A DNA stretch of 64,000 bases from Candidatus Poribacteria bacterium (GCA_965208325.1 OZ242326.1:1568001-1632000), one strand, 5' to 3'. Shown: positions 1-11,088, numbered from the stretch's first letter. A program made the numbers and translations. The notes: a model not told the origin generated them from the letters alone.

Positions 1-1
1 T

Positions 2-493
2 GGTAGTATCGGCGTTATCTTGCGGTTTATGAAGTTGAAAGGGCTTTACGAAAAGGTGGGATTGGAAGATCAGGTCGTGAAAAGCGGCGAGTTTAAGGAC
101 ACCGGTTCGCCCGGCCGCGGGCTTACCGATGCGGAACGCGCCTTGTTACAAGACACCATTGATGATGTTCACAGCCAATTTGTCGATGCCGTATTTGAAG
201 GGCGTAAAGCCCATCTTGCCCGTGAGGAAATCGCTGCACTTGCTGACGGCCGAATCTTTTCCGGTCAACAAGCTCTAGACTATAAACTGGTAGATGTCCT
301 CGGCAATTTGCCGGACGCAATCGAGCTTGCGGGGACGCTAAGCGGCATTTCGGGCAAACCGAAGGTTATCCGTGATAAGCGCAAAGTGCCTCTGATCGAA
401 CGCCTCTTAGGAAACACGAGCCAGCAAAATTTAGGGCGTTTACTTAGTGGACCGGGGATTTCATTTCGGTATGAATTCGATTTGGGAGATTGA
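2..493 (+). CDS. sppA: Signal peptide peptidase SppA (S49), 5'-truncated by window edge
   Basis: Frame open from window start (GSIGVI...); motifs KSGEFKDTGSP, ADGRIFSGQQA, LVDVLG. Confidence 0.85.
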   Translation, partial: GSIGVILRFMKLKGLYEKVGLEDQVVKSGEFKDTGSPGRGLTDAERALLQDTIDDVHSQFVDAVFEGRKAHLAREEIAALADGRIFSGQQALDYKLVDVLGNLPDAIELAGTLSGISGKPKVIRDKRKVPLIERLLGNTSQQNLGRLLSGPGISFRYEFDLGD

Positions 494-635
494 TACGGCG
501 TCAGTATTGAAATTTCATTTGATGCTTTCCGCAGCATACATGCAATTTTGTGAAGTCCTTTGATGTGGTGTTTGAAGGAGGTGGGCCGGAAACGCCGATA
601 TCGGTACAATACAGCAGCAACCATTCCCGCATTTT

Positions 636-1667
636 ATGACAAACTCCTACCAAGTGAATCATGATTGGGAACGCACCGCGCGGCATATCGTAAAGGCTAA
701 AGGGGTTGTGCTCGTAATTGGCAGCACCGATGTCGGGAAATCGACGTTTTGCAGGTTTTTGGTTGACCAAGGCGCGGCGAAAGGATTAAAGGTCGCTTTT
801 GTTGATGCCGACATTGGGCAGTCGCAGATTGGACCGCCCACTACAATCGGGCTGAAGGTTTTCCATCATGCTTCGGCATCGAATCCGGATGATTTGTATT
901 TTGTGGGATCGGTGTCTCCCGATGATCACCTGCTTCAATGTGTAACGGGCACGCAGTTGATGGTTGACGCAGCGCATAAAGCTGGCACCGAGATTGTCGT
1001 AATTGATACAACCGGCTATGTTGAAGGCGCCGCCGCAGTTGCACTCAAAAGACACAAAATTGAGATTATCCAGCCAGATTACCTAATCTGTATCCACCGA
1101 TCCAGCGAATTAAATCCAATCGTAGCGGGATTTGACGGGCTTAGCACTATCCAAATTCACCACCTTTCACCGCATAGGGATGCGGCTTCCAAGAGTTTTG
1201 AATTTCGAAGAAAATACCGCGAAACGCGCTTCGCGCATTACTTCGCTGATGCAGTTCGGGAGCGTGTAAACTTTGACCAAATTCGTGGGCAGCGGTCGCA
1301 TTTCTTCATTGGACGGGGGGCGAATACAAAAGAACGGGAAATTCTCGCTGATTTTGCCGGCGAAGATGTCCTCTATGCGGAATGGGGGCATCGATCGCTT
1401 TCGCTTGTTACGCCAAACATGCTTTCAAAACTGGCCCAAGCACGGGTGAAAAGCCAATACAGTCTGACCTCCTTAGTTTCCGAAACGCCAATGTATTTTG
1501 AGCAGCGTCTAATCGGCATGCTTGACAACTCGATGAAAACGCTTTCTATTGGCGTCCTTGAATCGGTCGATTTTCTATCTAATGAGCTGCAGATTCTTTG
1601 CAAACCCAATTGTGCGTCTGCGACAAAAATAGTTCAGTTTGGACAACACAAGGAAAAAGGAAATTGA
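636..1667 (+). CDS. Clp1/Grc3-family polynucleotide 5'-hydroxyl kinase
   Basis: Walker A GSTDVGKST, DADIGQS..GPP motif, Walker B IDTTGYV, RRKYRE lid motif. Confidence 0.8.
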   Translation: MTNSYQVNHDWERTARHIVKAKGVVLVIGSTDVGKSTFCRFLVDQGAAKGLKVAFVDADIGQSQIGPPTTIGLKVFHHASASNPDDLYFVGSVSPDDHLLQCVTGTQLMVDAAHKAGTEIVVIDTTGYVEGAAAVALKRHKIEIIQPDYLICIHRSSELNPIVAGFDGLSTIQIHHLSPHRDAASKSFEFRRKYRETRFAHYFADAVRERVNFDQIRGQRSHFFIGRGANTKEREILADFAGEDVLYAEWGHRSLSLVTPNMLSKLAQARVKSQYSLTSLVSETPMYFEQRLIGMLDNSMKTLSIGVLESVDFLSNELQILCKPNCASATKIVQFGQHKEKGN

Positions 1668-1714
1668 AAGGCTGATCGATTCATGTTCTACACATTACGG
1701 ATAACACACCGATT

Positions 1715-2431
1715 ATGTGGGATAATACTTACCTGCTTACCGAGCTCCCTTCAAAAGCCGAGACAGAAGAGGAAGTTGAATTCATTCGTGATGTGCTAGA
1801 ACTCCGTCGAGGCGCAGTCGTTTTGGATTTGTGCTGTGGGAATGGACGGCACGGACAAATGCTTGCGGACCAAAACGTAACTGTCATCGGCTTAGACAGT
1901 TCGCGTTTTCTACTGGACGAAGCGCGAAAAGACATACTTTCAACGGAATACGGCATCCATTTTATTGAAGGAGATATGCGCCATATTCCACTCAAATCAT
2001 CGTGCGATGCGGTCATCAATCTTTTTTCGAGTTTTGGATTCTTTGGGGAGGACGGAAACCGACAGGTTCTTTCAGAAGTTGCCGCAGTCCTCAAGCCCGG
2101 TGGAAAATTCCTGGTGGAATACTGGAATCCCCATGCCGTCGTTGATTTGGACCGGTCACGAAATTGGTGGTGGATCTCTGAATCCATGCTTGCACTCGCA
2201 GAGGTTGAATACCATCCCGAATCTGGGTGTATCTCAGACTATCGAACGGTGATTAAACTCTCCTCCGGAAACATCCAAAAGGCGGTCAATCGACTTCGGT
2301 TCTACTTTCCAACCGAACTCAAATCAATGTTGGATGATGCCGCTTTGAAAGTATGTGCGACGTACGGAGATTTCGATTATAGCCCGTTTCTGATTGATGC
2401 GAGGCGGATGATTACAATCGCAGAAAGGTGA
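1715..2431 (+). CDS. Class I SAM-dependent methyltransferase
   Basis: VLDLCCGNGRH motif I, GDMR, LKPGG. Confidence 0.85.
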   Translation: MWDNTYLLTELPSKAETEEEVEFIRDVLELRRGAVVLDLCCGNGRHGQMLADQNVTVIGLDSSRFLLDEARKDILSTEYGIHFIEGDMRHIPLKSSCDAVINLFSSFGFFGEDGNRQVLSEVAAVLKPGGKFLVEYWNPHAVVDLDRSRNWWWISESMLALAEVEYHPESGCISDYRTVIKLSSGNIQKAVNRLRFYFPTELKSMLDDAALKVCATYGDFDYSPFLIDARRMITIAER

Positions 2432-4248
2432 TTTCGATGCCGACGTTTCTGCGCTTCGCAAAGTATCTGAAGCCGTACATCGGTTCAATTGGATTGGCGT
2501 TCATGTGTGCGTTGGTGATGGCTATCTGCGAGGTGGGCTATTTTCAAATTCTGGGAGACACAACGGACGCACTCAAGCTGATTGAAACTAACACTGGTGA
2601 CGGTCCAATACATGTCCGATATTTCTATGTTAAAGATGTCTTCGAAGGAATTGAAATTCCACTTCCGGACGCTGATGCAGCCATCACCCTTGTAGTTTGG
2701 GTATTGGGAGGGATTTTTGCACTCGTAATAATCAAGGGGGCATTCACTTATTGTAACGACTATTTGATGGCACGGGTTGGGAATAAACTCATTATCCGAG
2801 TTCGCAACGAGATGTATGAGCGAATTGCCTTTGCACCATTGGGGACTCTGAAAGAGCACCGCACAGGAGACCTAATGGCACGGGTCACAGACGATGTACG
2901 CACCTGGCAGTATACAGCCGGATCGACCGCAAATGTTATGCGGGATGTTGTGCTATTGCCCGTCTTCGTTGCCGTGCTGTTGTTCAAGAGTTTCCAGATG
3001 ACTGTCTTGGTGTTGGTACTTTTTCCGCTGCTTGGTCATCTGATTAGCCGGTTCGGACGGCGTATCCGCGGCACAAGTACCGAGATTCAACAGCAGACAG
3101 CGAATGTCTCTTCGCAGTTGAAAGAGACAATCTATGGCATTAAAATCATTAAAAGTTTTACGGCGGAAAAACTAGAGTGGAGTCGATTTAAAGAAACCAA
3201 TAGGAGCCAATATCGTTCAGCAATGCGACGCTCTCGATCTACTGCAATGCTGCCGCCACTCGTCGAATTGATTAGCGCGGTCGGAATTGCAACGGTTTTT
3301 GGATTGGGGTGTTGGCAGGTAATTCAAGGAGGCCTTACAACCGGTTCGTTTATTGTTTATGTGGCGATGATTGGCAGGATGTTCAAACCAATCAAGACGG
3401 TAGGGCAATTCAATAACGTCCTGCAACAAAGCCTCGCTTCGGCAGAACGAATATTCTATGTGCTCGACTTCGAGAAAGAAGGCAACGAAGAGGGCAAATT
3501 GCCTCAACTGCCGCCTGTACGCGGTGAAGTCGAATTTCGCGACGTAATTTTCGGATATGACCGAGACGATGAGATAATAAAGCACATTAATTTTTGTGCC
3601 AAACCGGGCGAAGTCATCGCTTTGGTTGGGCCGAGCGGCGGCGGTAAAACCACGTTAGTCAATCTCTTGCCCCGCTTCTACGAATTGGATTCAGGAAAAA
3701 TACTGATTGACGGGTACCCGATTGACCAGGTTTCACTGGATTCTCTCCGTCGGCAGATAGCGATTGTACCGCAAGATACAATCCTTTTTGGCGGAACGGT
3801 GCTGGATAACATCATCTATGGCCAACCCGCAGCCAATCGCGGCGACGCCATTGCAGCGGCGAAACAAGCCAATGCGCACGAATTTATCACCCAGATGCCC
3901 AACGGATACGATACACCAATCGGTGAATCCGGGATCAAGTTATCCGGCGGGCAACAGCAGCGCATCTCAATTGCGCGGGCAATCTTGAAGAACCCGCGCA
4001 TTCTTATACTTGATGAAGCAACTTCAGCACTAGACAGCCAGTCAGAAGCGCTAGTCCAACAATCACTCGGGTACTTGATGCGGGGACGAACAACCTTCGT
4101 CATCGCCCATCGATTATCCACCGTCGTTAACGCGGACAGAATTCTTGTGCTCAAGGGCGGCAGAATCGTCGAAAGCGGGACGCACCAAGAGTTGTTAGAC
4201 AAGGACGGAATTTATCGGACATTGCGTCAAATGCAGCGGCAGGAATAA
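2428..4248 (+). CDS. ABC exporter, fused permease/ATPase (MsbA-like)
   Basis: N-terminal TM domain; GPSGGGKT, LSGGQQQR, ILILDEATSALD, IAHRLST. Confidence 0.9.
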   Translation: MISMPTFLRFAKYLKPYIGSIGLAFMCALVMAICEVGYFQILGDTTDALKLIETNTGDGPIHVRYFYVKDVFEGIEIPLPDADAAITLVVWVLGGIFALVIIKGAFTYCNDYLMARVGNKLIIRVRNEMYERIAFAPLGTLKEHRTGDLMARVTDDVRTWQYTAGSTANVMRDVVLLPVFVAVLLFKSFQMTVLVLVLFPLLGHLISRFGRRIRGTSTEIQQQTANVSSQLKETIYGIKIIKSFTAEKLEWSRFKETNRSQYRSAMRRSRSTAMLPPLVELISAVGIATVFGLGCWQVIQGGLTTGSFIVYVAMIGRMFKPIKTVGQFNNVLQQSLASAERIFYVLDFEKEGNEEGKLPQLPPVRGEVEFRDVIFGYDRDDEIIKHINFCAKPGEVIALVGPSGGGKTTLVNLLPRFYELDSGKILIDGYPIDQVSLDSLRRQIAIVPQDTILFGGTVLDNIIYGQPAANRGDAIAAAKQANAHEFITQMPNGYDTPIGESGIKLSGGQQQRISIARAILKNPRILILDEATSALDSQSEALVQQSLGYLMRGRTTFVIAHRLSTVVNADRILVLKGGRIVESGTHQELLDKDGIYRTLRQMQRQE

Positions 4249-4439
4249 ATCAGTAAACTTGATGCAAGGATTACACGTCTCAATGAAAAGCTAAGAAAAT
4301 TTCACCCAAAAAATTATCTGCATAAAAAGCGTTGCTCGAATACGAAGGTTATTTTGCTATGACACTTTTGGAATCTTGCGTTGATGAGCAAGACTGAATT
4401 GTAAATCAATGGAAAAGTGTCAAGGAATATGGAACCCGA

Positions 4440-5828
4440 ATGAAAAACATCGCAGAAGACAAGAACCCTATGAGGTTTGATGATATTTTATCCAAGATTA
4501 AACAGAAGAATCGAGGCGATCGAATCGTGGGAAGTCGTGACGAATTCACGGATAGTCCAGTTAGGGGCGTTGCCAATATTAATGGCGAACTCGAATTTGG
4601 GGAAGATGACGAATTTGTGTCCGCGTTGCCCACTGATGAATCCGATGAAAATGAGATTGATGATGAAGAAAATGACGATCTGATCTCGTCTTTTAGAACT
4701 CGCGGCGATGTCGCAGACAGCACGAAGGACGAAGCATTTTCGTATCTTCAGGAGATAGCCCGTACACCGCTGCTCACCCCTGAAGAAGAGGTTAAACTCT
4801 TCGAGAAATTTGAAGAGGGCAAGCAGTGGATTACGGATTTATTTGACCAGCTCCCCATCTCAATACTGGACGAAGTTCGCCCAAAAGCGAAGCCAAAGCG
4901 CGGCGCAAAACAGAAGTCGCCGAATGGAATTTGGTGGAGTCCCATGAACCTCGCCACAACCTTGGAGCAGATTCACGCAGAAATCAAGATTTATCAACGC
5001 GGCCAAACCGATGACGCCATCGAATCAAGAGATGCCCGCGAAGTGTGCGAATTCCTTGACCAACTTTGGATTGAACTCGGCAAAGCAGCCCAAAAGATTC
5101 AAGAAGCCAAACTTAAGCTTGTTGAGGCAAACCTTCTACTCGTCGCGAGCATCGCGAAACAACACAATTTCAATCGATCGTCGCTCTCATTTCTGGATCT
5201 GATGCAGGAGGGAAGTATAGGATTGATGAAGGCGGTCGAGAAATTCGACCTTCAAAGAGGGTATCGCTTCAGCACTTATGCGACTTGGTGGATTATGCAA
5301 GCGATTAAGCGGGCGCTAGATCAACAGAGCCAGACAATTCGCATTCCGTGTTACGTTGGAGAAACCCGGCGGTCTATCAAGCAAGCCCAAACAAAACTCG
5401 CGAGGGACCTCGAACGCGAACCGGACATAAAAGAGATTGCTGAACTCGTCAAGATGACTGAGAGTCGTGTGGTTGAAATTCTTCAAAGTACAAAAGGTAC
5501 AATTTCACTTGACTCTCCGCTCAGCGATTCATCACCCGATGCTACCATCTCTGACCTGCTTGCCGACGATTCCCAAATAACACCGGAAGAGGAACTGCTT
5601 TGCAGTTCGGAGAAAGAATCGCTCGAAAGGGTGCTCAACACCTTGGCGCCGCGTGAAAAGCATGTCATTAAACTGCGTTACGGCTTGCAAGACGGTACAG
5701 AATACACGCTCGCCGAAATCGGGCGCCAACTTGGCATTAGCCGGGAAAGAGTCCGCCAAATCGAGGACGAAGCGCTTCGCAAACTGCGGCATCACACGCG
5801 CGTTCAGTATCTCGAAGAGCTGCTTTAA
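4440..5828 (+). CDS. RNA polymerase sigma-70 factor, RpoD/SigA family (possibly group 2)
   Basis: Region 1.2 YLQEIARTPLLTPEEE; region 2 LVEANL, RFSTYATWWI; region 4 TLAEIG..SRERVRQIE. Region 2.4 deviates from the primary RpoD consensus. Confidence 0.9.
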   Translation: MKNIAEDKNPMRFDDILSKIKQKNRGDRIVGSRDEFTDSPVRGVANINGELEFGEDDEFVSALPTDESDENEIDDEENDDLISSFRTRGDVADSTKDEAFSYLQEIARTPLLTPEEEVKLFEKFEEGKQWITDLFDQLPISILDEVRPKAKPKRGAKQKSPNGIWWSPMNLATTLEQIHAEIKIYQRGQTDDAIESRDAREVCEFLDQLWIELGKAAQKIQEAKLKLVEANLLLVASIAKQHNFNRSSLSFLDLMQEGSIGLMKAVEKFDLQRGYRFSTYATWWIMQAIKRALDQQSQTIRIPCYVGETRRSIKQAQTKLARDLEREPDIKEIAELVKMTESRVVEILQSTKGTISLDSPLSDSSPDATISDLLADDSQITPEEELLCSSEKESLERVLNTLAPREKHVIKLRYGLQDGTEYTLAEIGRQLGISRERVRQIEDEALRKLRHHTRVQYLEELL

Positions 5829-5942
5829 CGCGTCTTTGTTGTAACGCTTTCGCCCCCTGTTGTTTCGAGTCGCCCTAGCGCTTATCGGGCTTATGTGGCA
5901 ATAATTGGCAGAAGAAGCGGAATACTTCGTAGTCTCTTTCCG

Positions 5943-6896
5943 CTAGCGTTCCGCCGCCCGCGATGCAGCAAGTTCACGGAATCGGCTGACCGTTTTTTGG
6001 ATTCCCTCTTCCATCGAATACATGGGCGTGAATCCGATTTCTTCTGCAACTGGCGTAGCGTCATAGTCCCATGAGATTCCAAATACGCCCGATTTAAGCG
6101 TAATCTTCGCATCGGGTACAATCCGCTTCAAATATTCGGCGGCTTCGCGTACCGGGCGTATGCCGCCGCTGACATTGAAAACCCGCGTGCGCGTCGTTGG
6201 ACAGGTACACGCCATCAAAATGGATTGGGAGACATCTTCAACATATTGCCAATCCACAGCGTCGTCACCGAAGGGCACAACACTCGGCCTCCCCATCGCG
6301 GCATCTTCAATCATTTTTGTCGAAAATGAACTCATTCCCCGCGTTCGCCCAACCCCGTACACCGCTGTAAACCTCAGTCCGATGATGTCCACGTTGTATT
6401 TGTCGAAGTAGAAAGACGCATACCTTTCGTTCAGGGATTTGCAAGCCCCATAAATGAACTTCGGGTAATGCGGCGCTTCATTTTGAATCTGTTGGTGGTT
6501 GTAATCTTCTGGCGCTCCAAAAACTGCAACTGTGCTCGCCCACACAACGCGTTTTAGATTGAAGATGCGCGCCGCTTCGAACATATTGATTGTGCCTTCG
6601 CACACCACCTTTAATGCCTGCGGCGGATTGGCGTCGCATGCTGGGACCTGCCACGACGCTAGATGGATAATACGATCGACTTTATGTTCCTTAACCGTAC
6701 GCAAGACGTGCGGCAAATCGGTGATGTCCCCTTGCACAAAGGTGAAGCCTTCAAGTTGTTCAGGCGGCAATACCAGCTTAGGAATGGTTAAATCGTGTAT
6801 CGAATCAAAAACGATGAGTTTCTCGCCGGCATTTAGGAGATCTCGGATTACGTATGATCCGATGCAACCCATGCCACCGGTGATTAAATACGCCAT
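5943..6896 (-). CDS. NAD-dependent epimerase/dehydratase (extended SDR)
   Basis: ITGGMGCIG Rossmann motif, YGACK (YxxxK). Confidence 0.85.
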   Translation of the reverse strand: MAYLITGGMGCIGSYVIRDLLNAGEKLIVFDSIHDLTIPKLVLPPEQLEGFTFVQGDITDLPHVLRTVKEHKVDRIIHLASWQVPACDANPPQALKVVCEGTINMFEAARIFNLKRVVWASTVAVFGAPEDYNHQQIQNEAPHYPKFIYGACKSLNERYASFYFDKYNVDIIGLRFTAVYGVGRTRGMSSFSTKMIEDAAMGRPSVVPFGDDAVDWQYVEDVSQSILMACTCPTTRTRVFNVSGGIRPVREAAEYLKRIVPDAKITLKSGVFGISWDYDATPVAEEIGFTPMYSMEEGIQKTVSRFRELAASRAAER

Positions 6897-6922
6897 CTTC
6901 TTTATGCCCCTTCTTCAATCTC

Positions 6923-7249
6923 TCAATCTAGGTATCTCGGTGAGTTTACGTCCACAAGAATATCGTTTCCTTCGACTTCCACAGGATACGTAACAATTCG
7001 TTCTTTGCCCGGCCAGACACATTTGCCCGTTTTCACGTCGAACTGCCATAGATGCAGCGGACACGTAATGACTTGATTCTCCAAAAATCCGTAGTGCAAA
7101 ACGCCGCCGAGATGGGGGCAGATATTATTTATCGCATAGTATTCCCCATTGACGTTGTAGATTCCGACAAAGACACCCTCTACCTTGACGCCGATGCCGC
7201 TTCCGGGTTCAACTTCATCGGTTGTAGCAGCCTTAAAAAACCGAGACAA
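6923..7249 (-). CDS. Rieske [2Fe-2S] ferredoxin
   Basis: CPH...CPLH ligands, FDVKTG. Confidence 0.85.
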   Translation of the reverse strand: MSRFFKAATTDEVEPGSGIGVKVEGVFVGIYNVNGEYYAINNICPHLGGVLHYGFLENQVITCPLHLWQFDVKTGKCVWPGKERIVTYPVEVEGNDILVDVNSPRYLD

Positions 7250-7332
7250 TTAAATGAATGTCCTTTCTCTCAAATATTGATAAGACTTGCTGAACACACC
7301 ATGCCATCCCATCCGGCGTGGAACGGATACGC

Positions 7333-8160
7333 TCAGGAGCCGTTGGCAACCGAGGTATCTAAATTCGCCTTCAGGTATTCGTAACACTTCTTTTGGCCTC
7401 GCCCATCGTTCTCGCGCCCCTCATATTCGCAACACCACGAGCCCTCGTAGCCGGCGGTTTTGAGACAGTGAATCGCTTTGGTGAGGTTTATTTCACCCTC
7501 GCCAAGCGCCTCGCCGCGATATTCACCGCGTATTCCTCTGCCGTCCTTCAGGTGTAGATGCAGCGTGTAGGGCGCGATAATTTCATAATACCGCTCGACA
7601 GTTTGCAAGTCGTGTCCAAACCAGCGGTAGTTCATCGTATCAAGGGTAGCGCCGACATATTTGGATCCGATGCGCTCAAACAACTCGATTTGGCGATCTC
7701 CGTCGTTAGTTACAAACCCGTGATTGTCCACGGCGAGATAGACCCCTTCAGTCTCAGCGAACTCGACGCAGCGGTTCAAGCAGCCGGTCATTGCCTCAAT
7801 CCATCGGTTCTCAGGTACGCTTTCTTTCGGCGAACCACCCTCAGTGCGAATCGCCGTGGCGCCCAATATTTTTGTTAGTCCGACGATTCGCCGCATTCGA
7901 TCTACCTGAAACCGAACAGGTTCCTCATCTAGGACAACGAAGTCGTTTCCCGCTGCGAACGCGCAAACGTTTAAGCCGTAAGATTCCACCTTTTTTCGAA
8001 TTGCCTCGGCGTTTTTCTCAGGGACGTCAATCCCCGGATGCCAAACATCGTTCACCTGCAGTTCAACATTGTCGAAACCTGTATCACTGACAAATTCAAG
8101 AAATTCATCGAATGAAAAATTGGGGAAGTTGTAGTGAACCATACCCGATTCTGGCATCAT
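7333..8160 (-). CDS. Sugar phosphate isomerase/epimerase (xylose isomerase-like TIM barrel)
   Basis: AVDNH, LDTMN, HLHLKD, LGEGEIN, CEYE. Confidence 0.8.
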   Translation of the reverse strand: MMPESGMVHYNFPNFSFDEFLEFVSDTGFDNVELQVNDVWHPGIDVPEKNAEAIRKKVESYGLNVCAFAAGNDFVVLDEEPVRFQVDRMRRIVGLTKILGATAIRTEGGSPKESVPENRWIEAMTGCLNRCVEFAETEGVYLAVDNHGFVTNDGDRQIELFERIGSKYVGATLDTMNYRWFGHDLQTVERYYEIIAPYTLHLHLKDGRGIRGEYRGEALGEGEINLTKAIHCLKTAGYEGSWCCEYEGRENDGRGQKKCYEYLKANLDTSVANGS

Positions 8161-8385
8161 CGCTCCTCCGCTTATGTGTATCTATTCGGCTCTCCGTGAG
8201 AGCGAAATTCGTACTCACATTATACCGTCCAAGCGATAATGTGTCAATTGCGAAGTCGGTACGCCTTATCCCGCTCTGCGGCATAAATCTGTTGATCTCC
8301 AAAGGGCGGCATGTTACCATATTTTGAACGATCCAATTTCGGACTACTGCACTGAGACACCATCGTCAGACATGCCGCATGCCCA

Positions 8386-10281
8386 ATGAAACAAAATCCC
8401 CGTCCACCCGCCAAGTCGTACCGCGCGTTGATTGTCGGCGCGTTACTTATCCCTCCCAATCTTTATTGGACAATGCTGTCGGAAACCGTACACAATTTAT
8501 TTTTTTTCTCGGTTTTTACGCTCTTTTTCAACGTCGTTTTCACACTCTTCGTCCTAACGCTACTCAACGCGCTGCTCAAGCGTTCCAGCCCGAAGTTTGC
8601 GTTCGATTCGAGTGAGCTGCTAATAGTCTACACCATGCTTTCCATCGCCACCGGAATTTTCGGGCATGACCTGATGCTCGTAATGGTTCAGCATTTGGCA
8701 GGATTCGGATTTGCGTCGCCGGAAAACGAGTGGTTGGTGTTTTACGGGCGATACGTGCCCAATTGGCTCACCGTCTACGATGAAAGGGCACTTCACGGAT
8801 ATTTCCACGGCGGAGAATCACTGTACACGGTACGAAATCTCAACGCTTGGCTCATTCCGTCAGTCTGCTGGGGCGGATTTCTCATTGTGCTCCTCTTTGT
8901 TCTTGCCTGTATCAACACAATAATCCGGAAACAGTGGACGGAGAATGAGAAACTGTCGTATCCAATCATACAACTACCGCTTGAATTAACTGGCTCGGGC
9001 GCGGGGACGCTTGGAAATCGCTGGTTGTGGTTTGGATTCACAATTGCCGGCGCAATCAGTCTCAACAGAATTCTGCATGCGTTTTTGCCGGTGTTTCCTG
9101 TGCTCCGGCTGGGATACAATCTCACACCGCTGTTTGTGACAAAGCCCTGGAATGCCCTGCTGCCATACCCCGCCGGCGGGCTATTCATCGAAATCGAACC
9201 TTTCGTCGTGGGACTCAGCTACTTCCTGCCGCTAAGCTTGGCATTCTCGACATGGTTCTTTCTGCTGTTCTCGAAAGCCGAACTAGTCTTTCGAAATGCG
9301 GTCGGCATCTGGGCGACACCGGGGCCGTTCCGTAGTTATGCGACAGCGGGGGCGTGGATGGTTGTAGCCATAGCAGCATTGTGGATGAGCCGAAAGCACC
9401 TAAAACTGGTATACACCACCGCTCGGCATCAAATCGCAGATGACAAACGGGGCGAGGACCCCATGACTTACCGGAGTGCGCTGATTGGAATGGTGATTGG
9501 CACCGGCGCCCTCATCCTATTCCTAGCCTATATTGGAATATCATTGCACATCGCAATCCTCTTCCTAACAATTTACGTGCTATATGCGCTGGCAATCGCA
9601 CGCATACGCGCCGAAGTCGGTCCCCCCGCGCACGACGCGGAGTTCATGGGGCCGGAACAGTTAATCCTCAACGCGCTGGGTGCTCGCCGTGTCGGCCAAC
9701 GGAGCATTGCCATGTTTAGCTCCATTTATTGGATGAGCCGGGCATATCGTTCGCATCCCGTCGGACACCAGTTAGAGGGATTCAAAATCGCACAAACCGT
9801 GGGGGCGTCGAGTCGAAAATTCCTGACCGCAATGATGGTCGCATCAGTCGTAGGCACGATCTGCGGTTTTTGGGCATTTCTAACCGCCATGTACCGCTAT
9901 GGCGCTGGAAACGTTGCCCACAATATAGGCGGCGAAGCGTTTCGCCGATTGGAGGTCTGGTTAAAAATGCTGGGCTCGCCGGAACCCTTCATGCTCAGAG
10001 AGGTCGGGTTGGGGGCGGGAATAACCATACTGCTCACCGCACTGCATCGCCGTTTCGTCGGCTTTCCGTTCCATCCGGTCGGCTACGCCGTCGCATCGGG
10101 TGCGATGATACACCACTTGTGGTTTTCAATTCTGATTGCGTGGGCGATCAAATGGAGCATTCTAAAGTTCAGCGGTATACGGCGCTATCGGCAGTTGGTG
10201 CCGTTTTTCTTGGGATTGGTCTTGGGCCAGGTTGTGGTGGGCTGTCTTGGGATCATCTTGCGAATCCTGTTTCTTGAATGA
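8386..10281 (+). CDS. Polytopic membrane protein (DUF6785/DUF6784-like, putative transporter)
   Basis: Many hydrophobic segments; RKQW..NEKLSYP and PFHPVGYA motifs recalled for this family. Confidence 0.6.
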   Translation: MKQNPRPPAKSYRALIVGALLIPPNLYWTMLSETVHNLFFFSVFTLFFNVVFTLFVLTLLNALLKRSSPKFAFDSSELLIVYTMLSIATGIFGHDLMLVMVQHLAGFGFASPENEWLVFYGRYVPNWLTVYDERALHGYFHGGESLYTVRNLNAWLIPSVCWGGFLIVLLFVLACINTIIRKQWTENEKLSYPIIQLPLELTGSGAGTLGNRWLWFGFTIAGAISLNRILHAFLPVFPVLRLGYNLTPLFVTKPWNALLPYPAGGLFIEIEPFVVGLSYFLPLSLAFSTWFFLLFSKAELVFRNAVGIWATPGPFRSYATAGAWMVVAIAALWMSRKHLKLVYTTARHQIADDKRGEDPMTYRSALIGMVIGTGALILFLAYIGISLHIAILFLTIYVLYALAIARIRAEVGPPAHDAEFMGPEQLILNALGARRVGQRSIAMFSSIYWMSRAYRSHPVGHQLEGFKIAQTVGASSRKFLTAMMVASVVGTICGFWAFLTAMYRYGAGNVAHNIGGEAFRRLEVWLKMLGSPEPFMLREVGLGAGITILLTALHRRFVGFPFHPVGYAVASGAMIHHLWFSILIAWAIKWSILKFSGIRRYRQLVPFFLGLVLGQVVVGCLGIILRILFLE

Positions 10282-10432
10282 CACCTGAAGCACGCACGCC
10301 TTTCGTCTTTCCCTTGATGAACACGTTTGAAGTATGGTATGATTTTGGCAAAAGTTGGATGCGCACAAAAACCGAACCGGCTTCCCGGGAAATATTCGCA
10401 ACTGCTATGCGCATCACGCTTGGAGATTTTGA

Positions 10433-10795
10433 ATGAATAAAACGTTATGGATTATTGTCCTTATTATTTTCGCACTCTTTTTCGGTCTCTTTACTTTTCT
10501 CAAGGTGCCAATCGCAATCACCCAAGATGAGATACAGGTCGCCGTAAGCGATGCCATCGCTGAATCGAATTCAACCGTGGATAGCGCCGAAGTTCAGCGG
10601 GTGGTGGAGAAATCAATCGAGAATTTGGAAGCGCGCCAATCAAAACGGCTTAGGTATCTGGTATCCGCTTACTTCGTCATCTGGCTTATCCTTATCCTCT
10701 ACACGCTGCGGATTTCGCACACCCAGTCGCAGATGCGGAAACGTCTAGATCAGCTGCAAGCCAGCCTAGAACCGCAGGGAACAGACCCACACTAA
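10433..10795 (+). CDS. Small membrane protein with C-terminal CcmD-like segment
   Basis: Two TM helices; YLVSAYFVIWLILILY followed by a basic coiled coil; GGAG SD. Confidence 0.5.
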   Translation: MNKTLWIIVLIIFALFFGLFTFLKVPIAITQDEIQVAVSDAIAESNSTVDSAEVQRVVEKSIENLEARQSKRLRYLVSAYFVIWLILILYTLRISHTQSQMRKRLDQLQASLEPQGTDPH

Positions 10796-11062
10796 CTCCC
10801 CGTTGCCAAGGTCTTGTTTTTATTCCCCTCCTTGCTAAGGAGAGGCGAGGGGAGGTTGAATTGACACGTTGACACACCCCCTCTAGCTCCCCCTTGCCAA
10901 GGGGGAGGATTCTTCTGTTTCATTCCCCTCATTACCAAGGAGTGGGCACGGGAGATTGTTCGTTACAATTAACATCCCCCTCCTTAATAAGGAGGGGTTA
11001 GGGGAGGTTGCACATTGCAATCATCAATCCCTTCCTTACTAAGGCAAGGCGAGGGGAGGTGG
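10795..11062. repeat. Cluster of 5-6 palindromic CCCCTCCTTnnnAAGGAGGGG-type hairpin repeats between convergent genes
   Basis: Copies at ~10824, 10887, 10924, 10975, 11027; same family at ~26392, 31890, 32266, 37802, 39342, 39426. Confidence 0.8.
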
Positions 11063-11088
11063 TTCGGTATATAACGAGCTATCAACAC

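Noticed and set aside
636..1667. Clp1 kinase phosphorylating pAgo guides
   Set aside because: It is about 20 kb from the pAgo in a housekeeping operon; any link is pure speculation.
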